A DNA stretch of 52,966 nucleotides, counting the filler, from Jimgerdemannia flammicorona (taxonomy: Eukaryota), in assembly GCA_003990765.1 (NCBI GenBank). It is 2 parts of 2 records of this genome, joined end to end, with 100 filler letters (N's around TTAATTAATTAA, not from the genome) between each part and the next. Parts side by side here need not be neighbours in the genome. Positions count along the whole stretch, not along the records: positions 26,542 to 52,966 come from RBNJ01000729.1; 1 more part is not named here. One strand, 5' to 3'. The number at the start of each line of letters is the position of its first letter. Within the stretch, counting starts at the first letter, position 1. This document shows, piece after piece, positions 48,312 through 52,966 of the stretch. The notes beneath the pieces were generated by a model. It saw only the letters and a program-made list of their open reading frames with translations. It had not been told where the DNA came from and made no database searches. Position numbers and translations under genes: made by a program.

Positions 48312-51300
48312 ATGAGTCAAACCAACCCAGATCCCCAGACTACATCGGAAACCACAGTACACGCAATAAACAATCAACTTGCCAACGTAAACATCAACCG
48401 GCAATCACCGACGACAGACATCATCGACGATGGCTATCCGGCGCCGACACACGATAGTTCTCAAGCGAACCTCTCCCATCACTTTCCAGGAGTTCCCGGT
48501 TTCTTGGAAGACCAGCCGATTGCAAACGCTTCTGCTGTGCCCTCCTCATTGAACATTAAGCCAAAAATATTCCGAAATGCCGATCCGTCCATTAGCGAAA
48601 CGCGTCCTTCGCGCTTTGTCAAGCCTGCCACGACTCCCTTGTTTCACCCCGAAGAAGTACCCGCAGATTTGCAACCTGTCCTCAAACTATACGAACATTA
48701 CAACAATAAGGTGTATATGGAAGGTTATCTTTACAAGATGAACGATATGACACCAGAGGGAAGACCTTTTCCAACACGCGAGTGGGTCAAATGTTATGTG
48801 GAATTGTGTGGACCTATTTTGACTTTCTGGGAATTTGATGCAGTAGGCGATGATCGGGAAAACGGCGACGCCGGAGCACTTCGGCCGAATTATATCAACA
48901 TTACCGATTCTACCGTAGACATCAATAATTCAACGCAAGAAAGCCCTCCTAGGGATCACGTATTCAGCTTGAATTCCGCTGGAGCAAATCGCTTTTTTTT
49001 GCAGACTGTCGATGAGCGGACGCTTAACCGGTGGGTTAGCGCCATTCGCCTTTCCTGCTTCGAGATTGGCAAGTTGCACGAGATCTATACCAGAACACTT
49101 CTGTCGCGACCTTCTTTCAAGGATATTCTTGACAAGCACAGCAGCAGATTCGAGGGATACCTTCAAGTTCGGTTTACAGGTACCACTGAGTGGCAGAGGT
49201 ATTGGGTGGTCGTATCTGACAAGAGAGACGAAAAGAAGTTATTCGGGAAGAAGTCCCAGGCCTCCCGTGGACAATGCCTATTTTACGAAACAAAAAAGTC
49301 GAAGAACCCCGCCATGACCTTGGTAAACGTGTACCAGGCCTACGCAGTATACCCTGAGACGCCACAGCTCGTCGAAAAAGCCACCATCCTGAAGGTCGAA
49401 GGCAGCTTATTTGGCTCCATCAAAGCTTCTTCTCCAAGCGAATCCAAATCTAGCAGCTTCGTTTTATTGATGGCGGCGACCAACAAGGAAATGGCTAGCT
49501 GGCTTGTTGCAAGTTTCGACGCATTCAAGCTGTATGGCCGTCCAAACGCGCTGCTGGGTAGCTACACAGAGCCAACATCAATGTGCTTTGCCCAGCCTGC
49601 ACCAGAAGTAGATAGTGGGCGACTCTTTTTGGACCTTGAAGAAGTGGAACACATTCACATGCGTGGTGAAAACCTGGCAGATGTGAAGATGGCGTTCAGT
49701 GACATCCTGCAGTCGAAACTGCAATCGCAATACCAGACTCTATTACCACCTCCAAATAATGCGTACGGCCGCACGTTCCAAGGTGGAGATCGAGGACATG
49801 ATGAATTCATTCATAACCACACGATGCCGGGAGTCCCCGAAATATTGCACGCCGGACCCGGTAATCAACGCACAGGCGGACAATCTTTGGCACCCCAAAT
49901 CCAGCCCGGTTCACTCAGACCCTCGTCTTCTGCAGAGGCTTCGAGGAACCGATCTGTGTTAAAGCCGCTCAAGAAAGGTAGAAAAGTGGCGGATTCTAGC
50001 GAGGAGAGTGACGAAGAATCCGCAAATGAGGATGATGACGATAGTGAAGACGAATCCACCCTTCCTGGACGCAGAACATCCACAAGCAAGACGGAGAACA
50101 TTCTTAAACCACGGCCTAGTACAAGCACTACTAGAAATGCCGCATTCCACCAACTTCCCGAAGACCCTGCTCCCAGCAATTCCATAAACAGCCTTATGAA
50201 AGGCAAGAAAGGAGCACCTGTACCCTCTGACTCTGAGGAAGAAGACGACGATGCAACCATCGACAGCGAAACTCTTAGCACGCGCAACGTTCGCGTGAAA
50301 GGGATCACTAAGGGTAGACCACCTCCTGCCCCGTCGGATACGGAGGAAGACGAACTAGAAAGTAATGTCTACGATGGTGATAGTAGTGTCGGTAACGAGT
50401 TGTCTTCTGCGGCCAGCATTACAAGGCAACAACAATCCGTGGCCAAGAAACCCGAATCAAAACATCCCTTTCAAGTTCAGCAAGGAGCAATGCCGTCTCA
50501 ACCACCGACCGGCATCTATGGTAACATGTCTGCTTACCAGCATCCCTCTGGAATGATGTGGGTCGGACCAAGCAACGCGCACGGAGACTCTTACCAGCAA
50601 CCGTTGGGTTATTCTGCTTATAATGCCGGATACCACCAATACCCGCCAGAGGCGGTAGGTCGACAAAGTGATGGTATAATCCAGCAGCAGCGTTCGGTCG
50701 GGTCACTGTCAAGACCGATTAAGGAGGAATCAAGTAACCAGAAGCATATCAAGCGCCCTACCAGCATAGCGGCAAGTACGGCAACTGACTTGACCGAGGA
50801 GTCACGCAATGAAGAAGAGTACGATGACAATGATGGCGAAATCGAGGAAGCTACATCACGAGCCGCCAATGAAAACCAGGCGCCCACTCTTGAATTCGGT
50901 GCGGCACCGAAATTGGACCTGGATTTCTCTGCTGATATGTTCAACCACTTCGGTAGACGTCCATCCGATACCGAGAAACAAGGTGTTTATTCTACTGCCA
51001 ACATTTTAACAGCGGAGGCGCCTACATATCCAGACAAAGACAATACCGATTACGGGGAGAAAGATGAGCCGAATGAAAACGATGATGGTTGGAGGAGAGA
51101 GCGAAGAGATAGCAAAGACAGAAGATCCTCTCAACAACACGAGGCACTTAAATTTGGACCTGCCGATATGCGTAGGTCCAGCAGTGCAAGCGGAAGTCGT
51201 ACAAGTCTTACAGGGTCTTCCGTGGGATCCGAATCGAACCAACAAATTCTACCACAAGCTGCATATCCGCAAGCAACGCATGATCTGATGAGGCCGCGAT

Positions 51301-52587
51301 CTCCTTCGCCTGTCGGACTGAACCCCAACGATAGGCGGTGGATAGCACGTCCTCCTGTAAATGGTCCACTGCTTCCGTCTTCCGCTTCTGCCTATGGTGA
51401 TTACGAACATTCACAGGGTCCTCCGTGGGATAACGAGACTATAAATGATCCCCGATTGATGGGTCGAGGTGGACAGGGTGGGATGTATTATGATGACGAC
51501 GATTATCAAAGTGTTTCTGGCGATTTCCCTCGAGGATCACCTGGAGGAGCACGCCGCGGATTCCGTAATGAAGATACATATTCTTCGTATGATTACGATG
51601 AACCAAGATTACGAGGTCAACAAGTACCAGGCGTTGGCCAAAACTTTGTCAAGCAAGGAAGCTTACTGGGCATGCACATGTCTGAGCAATGGACAGCTAG
51701 GGAGCAGACAGAGTTTGCGAGAGTTACGGGCCAGCCATTAATCAACGTCCCGATCAAACCGCCGGAACCACAGACTGGTTTGGTGGGGATGATTACACAA
51801 CGTGAGCAACAACGTAAAATTGGCGGGACTTCTCAACGAATCGCAGATATCACGGGTGCAATGCAGCAAGAAGTCGAGAGGGAGAAATCATTGGAAAGAG
51901 AGCGAGAATGGCGCTTGATGGAGCAACGGCAATATATGCAACAGCAACAGGTATGTGCATTGTCTGTCATCCATGTCATATATAACTATTCATCGATTCA
52001 TCGCCAACCTGAAGTAGTTTCAAGACCGCTAATGGTAGCTTTGTTTTTACTTTTTTTACATCCAACAGATGATGATGATGGGCGCATACGGCATGATGGG
52101 GATGCCTATGGGTGGCCAATATATGGGTAACATGGGTGTGATGCCAATGGGCAACCAATACTTAGACCCACGCTATGCAATGGGGATGGCGCAAATGCCC
52201 GTGGGTGGTCCATACCTGGATCCACGTCTTTCGATGATGAGTGGCGCGGGCATGGGCGGAATTGGACAGGTACCTATGGGGATGGGTGGACAGTATGTTG
52301 ACCCTCGATATGGGATGTTCAATGCTGGTAACATGGGAATGGGATTAGTACCTGGACATAACATGCCTGCAGGGAACATGGGTAATAGAAGTGGCAGTAT
52401 TAGTGGTCCAAGTATTCCAGGCGCTGGCACCACATCTAGCGACGACGAAGATGATGTACCTATTGGGATGGTGAATTCTCCTTTGTTGCCCTCTCGATCT
52501 CTGTCACCTGCATTAGGTGGCAGCCAAGTGCACCATCGTGGCTCGTTCAGTGTAGCGAAAGATAGCAGTGGACCGACCAATACCTAA
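48312..52587 (+). CDS. Skg3/Caf120-like PH-domain protein; exons 48312-51950 and 52069-52587
   Basis: KVYMEGYL..WVKCYVELCGPILTFW..PNYINITD..LNSAGANRF..AIRLSCFE..LHEIYT; EGYLQVRF.G.TEW; AFKLYGRP; TAREQ..AR.TG.PL; GLVG.I..RE. Confidence 0.8.
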
Positions 52588-52966
52588 AACATTAATAACG
52601 AACTTAGTCTAGTGCTCTTTGTATTTGAGGGAGGGATGATAATTCGGCCTATAACATTGTAATTTCAATTATATCTTAATATCAGGCAAAACAGTGATAT
52701 TACTTTACAATACCGCTACACTTCGCTGTCATTAGGCGATTGTCAACAAATTTCACGACCTTCGCGCTTTTCCACATGCAAATTTCCCCTACGCCAACAC
52801 TTTACCTGCTTCATGGAAAAACCACCTGTTTCCTTTTAAAATTTTTCGCCGTCGTCACCTGACTGCAAGCATTATCATTTCCTGTGATTTGAAGGAGAGT
52901 TTTGAGGATCGCACATTGAGTGCATGTATGCGAATGTATTCAGGTCGATCGCGTGTGAGCAAAAAA

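Noticed and set aside
33739..52580. Numerous antisense and alternate-frame ORFs over the gene block
   Set aside because: Shadows of the real plus-strand exons; no independent coding evidence.

Overview
Eukaryotic, almost certainly fungal DNA (genes and intron style suggest an early-diverging, Mucoromycota-like fungus; inference). It consists of two ~26.4-kb pieces joined by an artificial N44-TTAATTAATTAA-N44 linker (26442-26541), so the halves may not be physically linked. Left piece: an intact aegerolysin/actinoporin-like gene divergent from a frameshifted NLR-like NB-ARC/Sel1/ankyrin pseudogene. This is followed by a nest of C>T/G>A-eroded Ty3/gypsy elements: a solo 2.0-kb LTR, an internally deleted element with 1.5-kb LTRs, and a full-length gag-dUTPase-PR-RT-RH-IN-chromodomain element inserted into the latter in opposite orientation, all with recoverable TSDs. 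Both LTR subtypes carry a protein-coding frame in U3, and the long-LTR ORF shares a motif with an ORF lying just upstream of the PPT in a second gypsy family. Right piece: gypsy gag/LTR relics and very AT-rich decayed DNA, then a dense gene block: RPS6, a KH-like hypothetical gene, an F-box gene, TAF2 fused to six bromodomains (first intron apparently AT-AC with a U2-like donor) and a Skg3/Caf120-like PH protein. All coordinates were read by eye; no searches were run.
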